NCBI GenBank assembly: GCA_963769935.1
Contig: CAVYNY010000032.1
Location: 160,001-224,000, forward strand
Direction: 5' to 3'
Source of the DNA: an uncultured delta proteobacterium
Lineage (GTDB): Bacteria; Desulfobacterota; Desulfobacteria; Desulfobacterales; JAFDCJ01
DNA length: 64,000 nucleotides
The notes beneath the pieces were generated by a model. The model ran no database searches. It had not been told where the DNA came from and was given only the letters and a program-made list of their open reading frames with translations. Below are positions 20,625 to 29,479 of this stretch, piece by piece. A program made the translations under genes and the position numbers. Numbering within the stretch: position 1 is the first letter of the stretch; every line of letters begins with the position of its first letter.

Positions 20625-20640
20625 GTTCAGCATAATGAAC
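20625..20640. promoter_or_regulatory. Putative IclR operator GTTCAGCATAATGAAC
   Basis: GTTCA-N6-TGAAC next to the iclR promoter. Confidence 0.65.
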
Positions 20641-20798
20641 ACAGTATCGAGATTCTTGATAGTTTTGTCTTTACGGTGTTGTTGCCATCGGTTTGTATGG
20701 GTGGCTATATTCCAGAAGGTTATCAAAAAAAATTAAAAATATTTATTTTCACTTGATATTTGTTTGGGGTCGTGTTATTAATTTTATGACTTCAGATC

Positions 20799-20814
20799 GT
20801 TCATTATAGTGAAC
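20799..20814. promoter_or_regulatory. Putative IclR operator GTTCATTATAGTGAAC
   Basis: Identical to 1689-1704; immediately upstream of the aor operon RBS. Confidence 0.7.
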
Positions 20815-20848
20815 ATATTGTTGAATGAAGACACAAAGGAGGCTATTT

Positions 20849-21109
20849 ATGGCAACCGACACCAAAGGCCAGTCGACGGCTGAAAGCCTGCGCCAAACCA
20901 GGACTTACGGCAAGTTCAGATGCCACAACCCCAGCTGTATGGAAAGAATTCAGCCGGAGAAAGGGCAAAAGACCGTCAAATGTCCGACCTGCGGAATGGA
21001 ATACCGGGTCCACTGGGTCAATCCCGAGCTGCCCCGCATTCGAGGTCCGGTCTGGGATGTCAACCGGAAATTGGCGGAAGCAAAATTGAAAGAGAAGGGA
21101 GTGCTGTAA
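20849..21109 (+). CDS. Small Cys-rich (Zn-ribbon-like) hypothetical protein leading the aor operon
   Basis: AGGAGG RBS; CHNPSC...CPTC; stop 1 nt before the AOR start. Confidence 0.75.
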   Translation: MATDTKGQSTAESLRQTRTYGKFRCHNPSCMERIQPEKGQKTVKCPTCGMEYRVHWVNPELPRIRGPVWDVNRKLAEAKLKEKGVL

Positions 21110-21110
21110 C

Positions 21111-23051
21111 ATGGCATTAAACAGGAAGATAGCATATATCGATCTCACCACGGGTGATGTCAAAACAAAACCGATCCCGCTCGAAGTCAGAAAGAAGTTT
21201 CTGGGCGGCCGGGGTCTGGATGCATATTTGCTTTACAACCATACCAAGCAGGGGTGTGATCCTCTGGGTCCCGATAACGCCCTGCTGATCAGCGGCGGTA
21301 TCCTGACGGCCACGTGTGCTTCGGCCACCGCGCGAACTCACGTCATGGCCAAATCACCCCTGACCGGCATGCTGGGCAGCGCCAATATGGGCGGGTTTTT
21401 CGCACCTGAAATGGCCTGGGCGGGATTTCACCACCTTGTCATCAAGGGCAAAGCCGAACATCCCGTTTATATCTATATTCACAACGGCGAGATCCAGATA
21501 CGGGATGCCCGCGGCATCTGGGGCAAATCCGTGACCGACGCCCAGTGGGGCATCAGGGAAGAACTGGGGGACGAGGAAGTCAAGAGTTGTGTGTGCGGGC
21601 CGGCCGGAGAAAACCTCGTGCGGTTTGCCAACGTTATGACGGGCATTAAAAATTCCGCCGGCCGCACAGGGATGGGGTGTGTCATGGGGTCTAAGAATCT
21701 CAAGGCGGTCGCGGTCCGCGGCACCATGGATATACAGATTGCCCACCCGGTGGAAGCCCTCGAATACAACAAACACTTTATCGATCAAATCACCAGCGCC
21801 AAGGTGAACCAAACCCAGGGGACGCTGGGAACGCCTTTTATCTGGGGGGCGACGAATTCCTGGGGTGGCGTCCGGACCCGCAATTTTCAATATAACCAGT
21901 GCGAATATGCCGATGATATCGAGCCGGAGAGCATCGATGAGATCTGTGAAAAGACCATGGGCCCCTACCACATGACCGGGTGTTTCGGGTGCCAGGTGCA
22001 TTGCCGGGCCCAGTATAAAATCCCGCAAGGTCCTTTCGCGGGAAAATATGACGAGGGGCCGGAATACACGTCATTAGGTGCCTTTGGTGGGGAGACGGAT
22101 ACGCCGCGGGCGCTGACGGTTCTGACAGGCAATTACCTGGTCAATCAATTCGGCATGGATAATCTCGAAACCGGCAGCCTGATTTCCTGGGCCATGGAGC
22201 TTTACGAACTGGGCATCATCTCCCAAAAAGAGACCGACGGATTGGATTTGAGCTGGGGCAACGACGAGGCGGTCATCGAAATGATCGAACGGATCGCGTT
22301 GCGCAAAGGCTGGCTGGGAGACGCCCTGGCCGACGGCGGTATTCCCGCCGCCAAAAAGATCGGCAAAAATTCTTTCGATTATCTTATCCAGGTCAAAGGC
22401 ATGAGCAACCTGCATTCGGATGAGCGGGCCACCCCCGGCCTGGCACTCAATATCGCCACGGCCTCCAGGGGGTCCGACCATTTAAGGAGCCGGCCGGCGA
22501 TTGATCTCTATCATCTGCCGCAAGAGGTCCTGAGAAAGATTTACGGCAATCCGATTGCTTATGACGGACCTTTGAGCTCCGAGCATACGGAATATATCGG
22601 CAAACCGTGGCAGGTTTTCTGGCAGGAAAACCTGTATATGGGCGTGGACTGTCTGGGTATCTGCAAATATCATACGGTTTTTTTGGGTGCCACCCTGCCG
22701 GCCTTCGAGGAATGGTCCAAAGTGCTTTACTATAATACCGGTATCGAAATGACGCCGGAGCAGATCTGGGACGTCGCCCGACGGTGCAACCTGATTGAAA
22801 GGCTCTTCAACTTACGCGAGGGGCTGACCCGCAACGATCTGGAGAAGGGTGACATGCTGAACCACCGCTATTTCGATGAGCCCTGCCGCAGGGGCGCCAT
22901 TGATGTCGTCGGGACCTCTATCGATAAGGATAAATTTATCAGGATGATCGATGAACTATATGCGCACCAGGGTCTGGATGAGAACGGTGTTCCGAAACCG
23001 GAGACCCTGCAGAGCTTCGGCCTGGAAAATGAGCCGACCCACCTGGTTTAG
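21111..23051 (+). CDS. Tungsten/molybdopterin aldehyde:ferredoxin oxidoreductase family protein
   Basis: LGGRGL, KSPLTG, GGFFAPE, GPAGEN, GRTGMGCVMGSKNLKA, CFGCQVHC, GPEY, RGSDHL, DCLGIC. Confidence 0.93.
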   Translation: MALNRKIAYIDLTTGDVKTKPIPLEVRKKFLGGRGLDAYLLYNHTKQGCDPLGPDNALLISGGILTATCASATARTHVMAKSPLTGMLGSANMGGFFAPEMAWAGFHHLVIKGKAEHPVYIYIHNGEIQIRDARGIWGKSVTDAQWGIREELGDEEVKSCVCGPAGENLVRFANVMTGIKNSAGRTGMGCVMGSKNLKAVAVRGTMDIQIAHPVEALEYNKHFIDQITSAKVNQTQGTLGTPFIWGATNSWGGVRTRNFQYNQCEYADDIEPESIDEICEKTMGPYHMTGCFGCQVHCRAQYKIPQGPFAGKYDEGPEYTSLGAFGGETDTPRALTVLTGNYLVNQFGMDNLETGSLISWAMELYELGIISQKETDGLDLSWGNDEAVIEMIERIALRKGWLGDALADGGIPAAKKIGKNSFDYLIQVKGMSNLHSDERATPGLALNIATASRGSDHLRSRPAIDLYHLPQEVLRKIYGNPIAYDGPLSSEHTEYIGKPWQVFWQENLYMGVDCLGICKYHTVFLGATLPAFEEWSKVLYYNTGIEMTPEQIWDVARRCNLIERLFNLREGLTRNDLEKGDMLNHRYFDEPCRRGAIDVVGTSIDKDKFIRMIDELYAHQGLDENGVPKPETLQSFGLENEPTHLV

Positions 23052-23136
23052 GTATTGGTTGCAATCAACAAATCCGCCGCGGCGGATTAACATCCAATGG
23101 ATCGTTTTTTTGATCAATTGGATTTGGAGAGGATAA

Positions 23137-23634
23137 ATGGCCAAAGTTTTATATGTCAACCACGACAAGTGCACCGGCTGCCGGCTGTGTGAGCTCGTGT
23201 GCGCTGTTTCGCATGACGGAATATCCAACCCCGCCCGGAGCCGGATCAGGGTGATGAAATGGGAGGCCGAAGGTCTTTACGTTCCCATGACCTGTCAGCA
23301 ATGTCAGGACGCACCGTGCCTGAATGTCTGCCCGGTCAAGGCCATCTCACAGGAGGCGGGCACGGGCCGCGTAATGGTGGACTATAATGTCTGTATCGGC
23401 TGCCGCGCATGCGTCAGTGTATGCCCCTTCGGCGCAATGAGTTTCAATACCATCGACCGGCGGGTTCTCAAGTGTGATCTCTGCGACGGCGATCCGCAAT
23501 GTGTGAGGTTCTGTGAAGTAAAGGCCGTCGATTTTATTGAAGCGAATGACGTGAGCCTGATCAAGCAGCGAAAAGCCGCGGAGCGATTGTCGGCTGCCGG
23601 CAAAGATGCCGCCGCCCTGGAGGCGCAGCTTTAG
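23137..23634 (+). CDS. 4x[4Fe-4S] electron-transfer subunit (AorA/CooF/DmsB-like)
   Basis: CTGCRLCELVC, CQQCQDAPCLNVCP, CIGCRACVSVCP, KCDLC..PQCVRFC. Confidence 0.92.
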   Translation: MAKVLYVNHDKCTGCRLCELVCAVSHDGISNPARSRIRVMKWEAEGLYVPMTCQQCQDAPCLNVCPVKAISQEAGTGRVMVDYNVCIGCRACVSVCPFGAMSFNTIDRRVLKCDLCDGDPQCVRFCEVKAVDFIEANDVSLIKQRKAAERLSAAGKDAAALEAQL

Positions 23635-23644
23635 GGTACACGAA

Positions 23645-23686
23645 AAAATGAAGCTCCCCGCAGCAAGCTGCGGGGAGCTTCATTTT
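23645..23686. terminator. Perfect 20-bp inverted repeat between convergent genes (bidirectional terminator or REP-like)
   Basis: aaaatgaagctccccgcagc-aa-gctgcggggagcttcatttt. Confidence 0.7.
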
Positions 23687-23761
23687 AATCTGTACAGCAG
23701 ACCTGAGGGTCCGGGTAACCAGCCACCGGGAAAGATGGCTGTTCACGGTCCAATTTTCTGA

Positions 23762-25390
23762 TTATCCCAAGATGGCCTGCAAATCTTCTTCCGGCGTTTT
23801 AATGGGCATTATGTTGAACTTGTCCACCAGAACATCAAGGACATTCGGAGAAACAAACGCCGGCAGGCTCGGCCCCAGACGGATGTCCTTTATCCCGAGA
23901 TAAAGCAGGGTCAGCAGAATTGCACAGGCTTTCTGTTCATACCAGGAAAGAATCATGGAAAGCGGCAGATCGTTGACTTCACATCCGAAGGCATCGGCCA
24001 GCGCCGATGCAATCTTGATTGCGGAATAGGCATCATTGCACTGTCCAACATCCAGCAGCCGCGGAATCCCGCCAATGTCGCCGAGATCCTTGTCAAAAAA
24101 ACGAAACTTGCCGCAAGCCAGGGTCAGGATGACGCAGTCATCGGGCACCTGTTCAACAAATTTTGTGTAATAGTCGCGGCCGGGCTTGGCGCCGTCGCAG
24201 CCGCCCACCAGGAAGAAATGTCGGATCGCCTTGTTTTTGACGGCTGCAATTATCTGATCGGCCACTCCCAGCACTGCATTCCGGGCAAAACCGACCATTA
24301 CCTGTTTGCCTTCCCGGTCCTCTGTGAAACCGGGCAATTCAAGGGCCTTCTCGATTACCGGAGTGAAATCTTTATCGCCGATATGACGGACACCCGGCCA
24401 TCCCACCAGACCGGTTGTAAAAATTCGATCCTTATAGGAATCCCTCGGTTTTTGGATACAGTTGGTAGTCATTAAAATCGCGCCGGGAAATGCGTCGAAT
24501 TCTTTGGCCTGGTTTTGCCAGGCGCTGCCGTAATGGCCGTAAAAATGAGAGTACTTTTTGAGTTCCGGATATCCATGGCAGGGAAGCATTTCCCCGTGAG
24601 TATAAATATTAATACCCTTGCCCTCGGTTTGCTTCAAAATTTCTTCCAAATCTTTAAGATCATGGCCGGATAGCAAAATTGCCTTGCCGGCTTTGGGGCC
24701 AAGCGGTACTGCGGTGGGCACGGGATGGCCGTATGTGCCGGTATTGGCTGCATCCAGAAGTTCCATGGTTCTTAAGTTGACTTCACCGCATTTCATCACC
24801 AGAGCGATATAATCATCGACGGTCAGATCTTTTTTGAGGGTAGATGCCATGCCTTCCTGCATAAAGGCATATACGCTGTCGTCTTCTTTACCCAGAATGG
24901 CGGCATGGTCTGCATAGGCGGCCATTCCCCGTATGCCGTAAATCAGCAAATCCCTCAAGGAAAGGATGTCAGCGTTGATATCCGGGTCCGATTTAACTCC
25001 AACTTTCTCACCCTGGGCCACCAGGCCCGCAGTGGTCGATTCAGGTTTGAATGTTGAGGGGCCTGCTCCAAAATCGATATTGCCTCCCGCGGCTTTAACT
25101 TTTGCTTTTAATTGATCTCGCTTCTCAACTGCCTCATTGATGAGGTCAACAAACCGTTCAGGATCAAAATCCACGTTTGTCAACGTTGAGAAAATGGCTT
25201 TGCTGGTTAATTGATTGATTTCCTGATCGATGACACCAACCCTGCGGCCTTCAACCGCCACCTGCGACACCCCTTTGATGATATAGTTCAGAAGATCCTG
25301 AAGGGCGGCAACCTCCGGCTGTTTTCCACAAACGCCGATTTTTGTGCAGCCCTCACCTTTTGCAGTTTGTTCACACTGATAACAAAACAT
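23762..25390 (-). CDS. hcp: Hybrid cluster protein (hydroxylamine reductase)
   Basis: MFCYQCEQTAKGEGCTKIGVCGK, SGHDL, YTHGEML, GGCDG, LACGKFRF, GQCND, SWYEQKA. Confidence 0.97.
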   Translation of the reverse strand: MFCYQCEQTAKGEGCTKIGVCGKQPEVAALQDLLNYIIKGVSQVAVEGRRVGVIDQEINQLTSKAIFSTLTNVDFDPERFVDLINEAVEKRDQLKAKVKAAGGNIDFGAGPSTFKPESTTAGLVAQGEKVGVKSDPDINADILSLRDLLIYGIRGMAAYADHAAILGKEDDSVYAFMQEGMASTLKKDLTVDDYIALVMKCGEVNLRTMELLDAANTGTYGHPVPTAVPLGPKAGKAILLSGHDLKDLEEILKQTEGKGINIYTHGEMLPCHGYPELKKYSHFYGHYGSAWQNQAKEFDAFPGAILMTTNCIQKPRDSYKDRIFTTGLVGWPGVRHIGDKDFTPVIEKALELPGFTEDREGKQVMVGFARNAVLGVADQIIAAVKNKAIRHFFLVGGCDGAKPGRDYYTKFVEQVPDDCVILTLACGKFRFFDKDLGDIGGIPRLLDVGQCNDAYSAIKIASALADAFGCEVNDLPLSMILSWYEQKACAILLTLLYLGIKDIRLGPSLPAFVSPNVLDVLVDKFNIMPIKTPEEDLQAILG

Positions 25391-25454
25391 TTAAATCCTC
25401 CCTTTGTGAAAAATTATTTTTGAAATTATGTCAAGGTTCATAATAATCACATAC

Positions 25455-25468
25455 TTGACATGCGCCAA
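25455..25468. promoter_or_regulatory. Weaker HcpR/Crp-Fnr-like box TTGACATGCGCCAA
   Basis: TTGAC-N4-GCCAA upstream of hcp. Confidence 0.4.
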
Positions 25469-25549
25469 CGCGATAATGCTCAAAATACAATTTTACGGCA
25501 TTTAAAACCATTGGATATTAAGTACTATACCGGGCATTTTGTCGCCTGT

Positions 25550-25567
25550 AATTGACTCAAGTCAATT
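25550..25567. promoter_or_regulatory. HcpR/Crp-Fnr-type box AATTGACTCAAGTCAATT
   Basis: TTGAC-N4-GTCAA palindrome upstream of hcp. Confidence 0.65.
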
Positions 25568-25711
25568 TTACAAACCACCCAATACATTTTTTGCCCGAAA
25601 CCCGGGATCGCCGCAAGTTTCCCTTTGAGCTCATCAATGCAAACCCGCTGCCGGTTCTTTCCGAATTTACTCGTTTTCGGCCGAGCAATTTGCATCCGGA
25701 TGGATCAACGA

Positions 25712-26233
25712 TCATGATGCCTGTTGCAGGACTTCCAATTCACTTTCCAGTGTTGGGGGTTTGGCGAGGGTCTGATAAATCACGCAGTAGCGTTCTGTGA
25801 GTTCGATCATTTTCTCAAGTTTTTTCCGTTCGGCCGTACTGTCAATTTCAAATTTAAGCTTCACTTTTGTGAGTCCAACCGGGGCATCGTGATCGACGGC
25901 TAACGTTCCCCGTGCATCCCAAGTGCCATCAGCGATTACCTTGGCATGCTTGAGGGGAATGCGCATGGCGGTGGCAACGGCTTTCAACGTGACACCGGCA
26001 CATGCTGCCAGAGCTTCCAGCAGCATGTCAGCCGAGCAGGCTTTTGAGCCGTCGCCGCCGGTTGCGGGATGAAGGCCGGCCACCGTCGTTCCCGCGTAGG
26101 TGGAAATTCGGCAGGAGATGTCGTCATCCTCAATCACCGCTTCGGCCCGGGCGGGGGTCACCGCTTTTTCGGGAGATTCTTTATAGCGCTCTTTAAGCGA
26201 CGCTTGCAGAGCGCGAAGTTGATTGGCATCCAT
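25712..26233 (-). CDS. OsmC-family protein
   Basis: GLHPATGGDG..CSADMLLEALAACAGVT, DARGTL, TERYCVIYQTL. Confidence 0.85.
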   Translation of the reverse strand: MDANQLRALQASLKERYKESPEKAVTPARAEAVIEDDDISCRISTYAGTTVAGLHPATGGDGSKACSADMLLEALAACAGVTLKAVATAMRIPLKHAKVIADGTWDARGTLAVDHDAPVGLTKVKLKFEIDSTAERKKLEKMIELTERYCVIYQTLAKPPTLESELEVLQQAS

Positions 26234-26714
26234 CAGGTGGTCCTTTCATGTCATGGCGTAGTCAATTCGATATCAGTTGTGAATCAAAATCCGGCAGCCT
26301 TTAAAGGTTAAAAGGGCACCTTTGCATATAGTGCATCAAAGACTGATATGGGTCTCTCAATAATGAACTTTCCAATAAAACCGAAGTTTACGTTCAGTGC
26401 TAATTCAACAAAATTAATCACCCAAGGGGGCTTTTGTCAAACCATGTGATTTGCTGAAAGTTTAGGTTCAAAAAGTTCAGATTTAGGTTGAAAATAAAAA
26501 AATTATTGCCTTAAAATGGTATCAAACTTCATTTAAAAAAATGTCAAAAATATTGGAAACTTGGAAAATTTTGCGGATGGCTTTACCATAGTGGAAGCAG
26601 CTTTCGAATAAAATACTGCGCCTGAAATCCGTTTAGCTAAAGTCACCTGAATAATCACCGATAACATCTGATATGCTATGCAAGGATTGCAATTATTTTT
26701 CATAGGGATACGAC

Positions 26715-28895
26715 ATGCCTGCCAATAATGGGAACACCACACAACGGTTTATGAACATTTTCACATCTGGTTTGGATAACAATGATGATATCGAGATCAA
26801 GCGCAAAGAAATATTGATCAGTATCTTAAGTATAATCGGGCTGATAAATCTTATTCCCCTTGGTTTCGATGTTATTGCCAAAAACAATGTGACTTTGGGG
26901 CTTTTCGATTTTACGGTTGCCGGTGTGATTCTTATCCTTCTAATTTTATTAAAAAAGAAAGGATATCATACAATTTTTGGCTATATAGGAATATCTTTTG
27001 CCGGAGCTTTATTTGTCTACCTGTTTGCAACCGGCGGGGTCAATCATACCGGCTATCTCTGGTATTACCCATTTCCTCTATTTGCCTTGTTTTTACTGGG
27101 TTCAAAAAAAGGAGCAATTTTTACTTTTATTTTATTCAGCTTCGCGATTTTAATTTTTTTCGCTGAAAATCAGTCGCTTTTTTTTGCCACCTATTCTAAA
27201 GATTTCAAAACAAGGTTTATCTCCTCTTTTATGGTTGTATTTTTACTGTCTATTTCATTTGAATTTATCAGAGAAATAACTCAAAAGCGGCTTGGCGACA
27301 AAAATACAGAGCTTCAGGAAACAATCATTGAATTAAAAAAGGCAGAAACTGCCTTGAAAAATAATGAAACACTTCTCAGAGCCACCCTCGAATCGACTGC
27401 CGACGGATTACTGGTTGTGGGTGGTGATGGGCAAATTTTATCCAAAAATAAACGATTTGGCGATATGTGGCAGATCCCACACGATATTTTGAATTCAAAC
27501 GATGATGAAAAATTGATCAATTTTGTTTTGTCCCAATTAGAAGATCCCCAGATTTTTCTTGCAAAGGTAAAAAATTTGTACAAATCAGACAGAAATGATT
27601 TTGATATTTTGGAATTCCAGGATGGGAGAGTTTTCGAGCGATATTCTGAGCCACTGATGGTTGATGGTGACATAGCCGGGCGGGTATGGTCTTTTAGAGA
27701 TGTAACAGAACGGAAAAAAGCGCAAATAGAAAGGGATAGACTGCAAAGCAAACTGCAACAGGCACAGAAAATGAAAGCAATTGGGACCCTCGCGGGCGGG
27801 GTGGCACATGATCTTAATAATATTTTGTCCGGCATTGTCAGCTATCCGGAATTACTTTTAATGGATTTGCCGCCGGAAAGCCCTCTGAGAAATTCAATCA
27901 AGACCATCCATGAATCGGGCAAAAAAGCAGCTGCTATTGTACAAGATTTACTAACGCTTGCGAGAAGAGGGGTATCCATCAGCGAGGTCGTAAACCTCAA
28001 TGATATTATATCTGAGTATCTGATAAGTCCGGAATTTAATAAATTACAAACTTTTCACCCTTCGGTAAAAATAAAGGTCTGTCTTGACTCTTCGCTTTTG
28101 AATATAAAGGGATCTCCGGTTCATCTTTCCAAAACAGTAATGAATCTGGTTTCCAATGCAGCTGAGGCTATGCCTGAAGGCGGCACCATTAATTTACGGA
28201 CCGAAAATAAGTACATAGACCAACCCCTTAGTGGCTACGATGATGTCCATGAAGGAGATTATATCCTGTTTGCAGTTTCAGATTCCGGTGTGGGGATACC
28301 TGTTGAGGAAATACACAGGGTTTTTGAGCCGTTTTTCACTAAAAAAGTTATGGGCCGAAGCGGTACGGGACTTGGTATGACAGTTGTGTGGGGCGCTGTC
28401 AAAGATCACAAAGGTTATATCCAGGTTGAAAGCGAACTCCAAAAAGGGACGACCATTAAGATCTATCTTCCCATAACCAGAAAAGAAAAAGCCGAAGATA
28501 GAAAGCTGAAACAATTGGATGAATTAATGGGTAATGGAGAATCAATTCTTGTTATTGATGATGTCAAAGAACAAAGGGAGATAGCCTCAAAAATACTATC
28601 TCAATTAGGATATTCCGTGACAGTGGCCTCGAGCGGGGAGGAAGCAGTTCAACTCATGGGTAATGCAACTGCTGATTTGTTAGTTTTAGATATGATCATG
28701 CCTCCTGGAATTGACGGATTGGAAACTTATGAACGAATAGTATCAAAACATCCTGACCAAAAGGCGATTATCGTAAGCGGCTTTTCGGAAACAAAAAGGG
28801 TTAAAAAAACTCAGAAATTAGGCGCCGGAACATATGTGAGAAAGCCTTACACCATTGAATCAATCGGAACAGCTGTAAAAGCCGAGTTGAAATAG
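26715..28895 (+). CDS. Membrane-bound hybrid sensor histidine kinase (TM helices-PAS-HisKA-HATPase-REC)
   Basis: GGVAHDLNN H-box, NLVSNA, DSGVG, EPFFT, GTGLG, C-terminal receiver VIDD/LDMIMP/KP. Confidence 0.93.
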   Translation: MPANNGNTTQRFMNIFTSGLDNNDDIEIKRKEILISILSIIGLINLIPLGFDVIAKNNVTLGLFDFTVAGVILILLILLKKKGYHTIFGYIGISFAGALFVYLFATGGVNHTGYLWYYPFPLFALFLLGSKKGAIFTFILFSFAILIFFAENQSLFFATYSKDFKTRFISSFMVVFLLSISFEFIREITQKRLGDKNTELQETIIELKKAETALKNNETLLRATLESTADGLLVVGGDGQILSKNKRFGDMWQIPHDILNSNDDEKLINFVLSQLEDPQIFLAKVKNLYKSDRNDFDILEFQDGRVFERYSEPLMVDGDIAGRVWSFRDVTERKKAQIERDRLQSKLQQAQKMKAIGTLAGGVAHDLNNILSGIVSYPELLLMDLPPESPLRNSIKTIHESGKKAAAIVQDLLTLARRGVSISEVVNLNDIISEYLISPEFNKLQTFHPSVKIKVCLDSSLLNIKGSPVHLSKTVMNLVSNAAEAMPEGGTINLRTENKYIDQPLSGYDDVHEGDYILFAVSDSGVGIPVEEIHRVFEPFFTKKVMGRSGTGLGMTVVWGAVKDHKGYIQVESELQKGTTIKIYLPITRKEKAEDRKLKQLDELMGNGESILVIDDVKEQREIASKILSQLGYSVTVASSGEEAVQLMGNATADLLVLDMIMPPGIDGLETYERIVSKHPDQKAIIVSGFSETKRVKKTQKLGAGTYVRKPYTIESIGTAVKAELK

Positions 28896-29075
28896 GAGAA
28901 AAAAGCAGCTTGACATTTAACGCATTATGTTAACTTCAATGGTCTAAACTGCCGTCCCCCTATAGGTGAGTGCCCCTGCCGCAGAGCGGGAGGCCTCAGG
29001 AAGCCCCTTTGAAGCCCTTTAATAGAGGAGGGGGGCTTGCATATATTTAAACTCACATACACATTGCCCACCAAA

Positions 29076-29104
29076 TTGACATCCCCTTGAAGTGAGCCTA
29101 TCTT
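29076..29104 (+). promoter_or_regulatory. Sigma70-type promoter TTGACA-N17-TATCTT
   Basis: Consensus spacing upstream of 29165. Confidence 0.5.
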
Positions 29105-29164
29105 GATTTTCGGGATCGAAAAATTATTTCCTTAAACTTGTACCAGAATTGAAGGGAGGCTGTT

Positions 29165-29479
29165 GTGGATGTTAAAACCTTTTGCGACAGTGCGGCCAAC
29201 GACCTTATGGCCTGGAAGGCCAAACTGTACGATGCCATTCGCAAAACAGAAACGTTGGACAAAGCAAACAAAGATGAAGCTGCACCGTTGATTAAGGAAC
29301 TCAATGATCTGGTGGATGACGTGGATAAACACATCCAGCTGCTGGCTGACGAGTGCCCGTTGGAATGGGATTCCCGGAAAACCGAGATCCAGGAAAAATT
29401 GTCACAGGTGCAAACAAAATACAAAAATTTAGATGGCGCTATGGATGTCTGGAATATGAATCTGGAGATGCCCAGATGA
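29165..29479 (+). CDS. Small helical hypothetical protein
   Basis: GGAGG RBS before GTG; ATGA overlap with the next gene. Confidence 0.65.
   Translation: MDVKTFCDSAANDLMAWKAKLYDAIRKTETLDKANKDEAAPLIKELNDLVDDVDKHIQLLADECPLEWDSRKTEIQEKLSQVQTKYKNLDGAMDVWNMNLEMPR

Noticed and set aside
21111..23051. Class II benzoyl-CoA reductase BamB
   Set aside because: The sequence does not resemble BamB as I recall it, and no bamD-I genes are present; left as AOR family
28940..29040. c-di-GMP riboswitch or SRP RNA
   Set aside because: Lacks the GEMM P1/GCAAA elements and the SRP GGAA/AGCAG core
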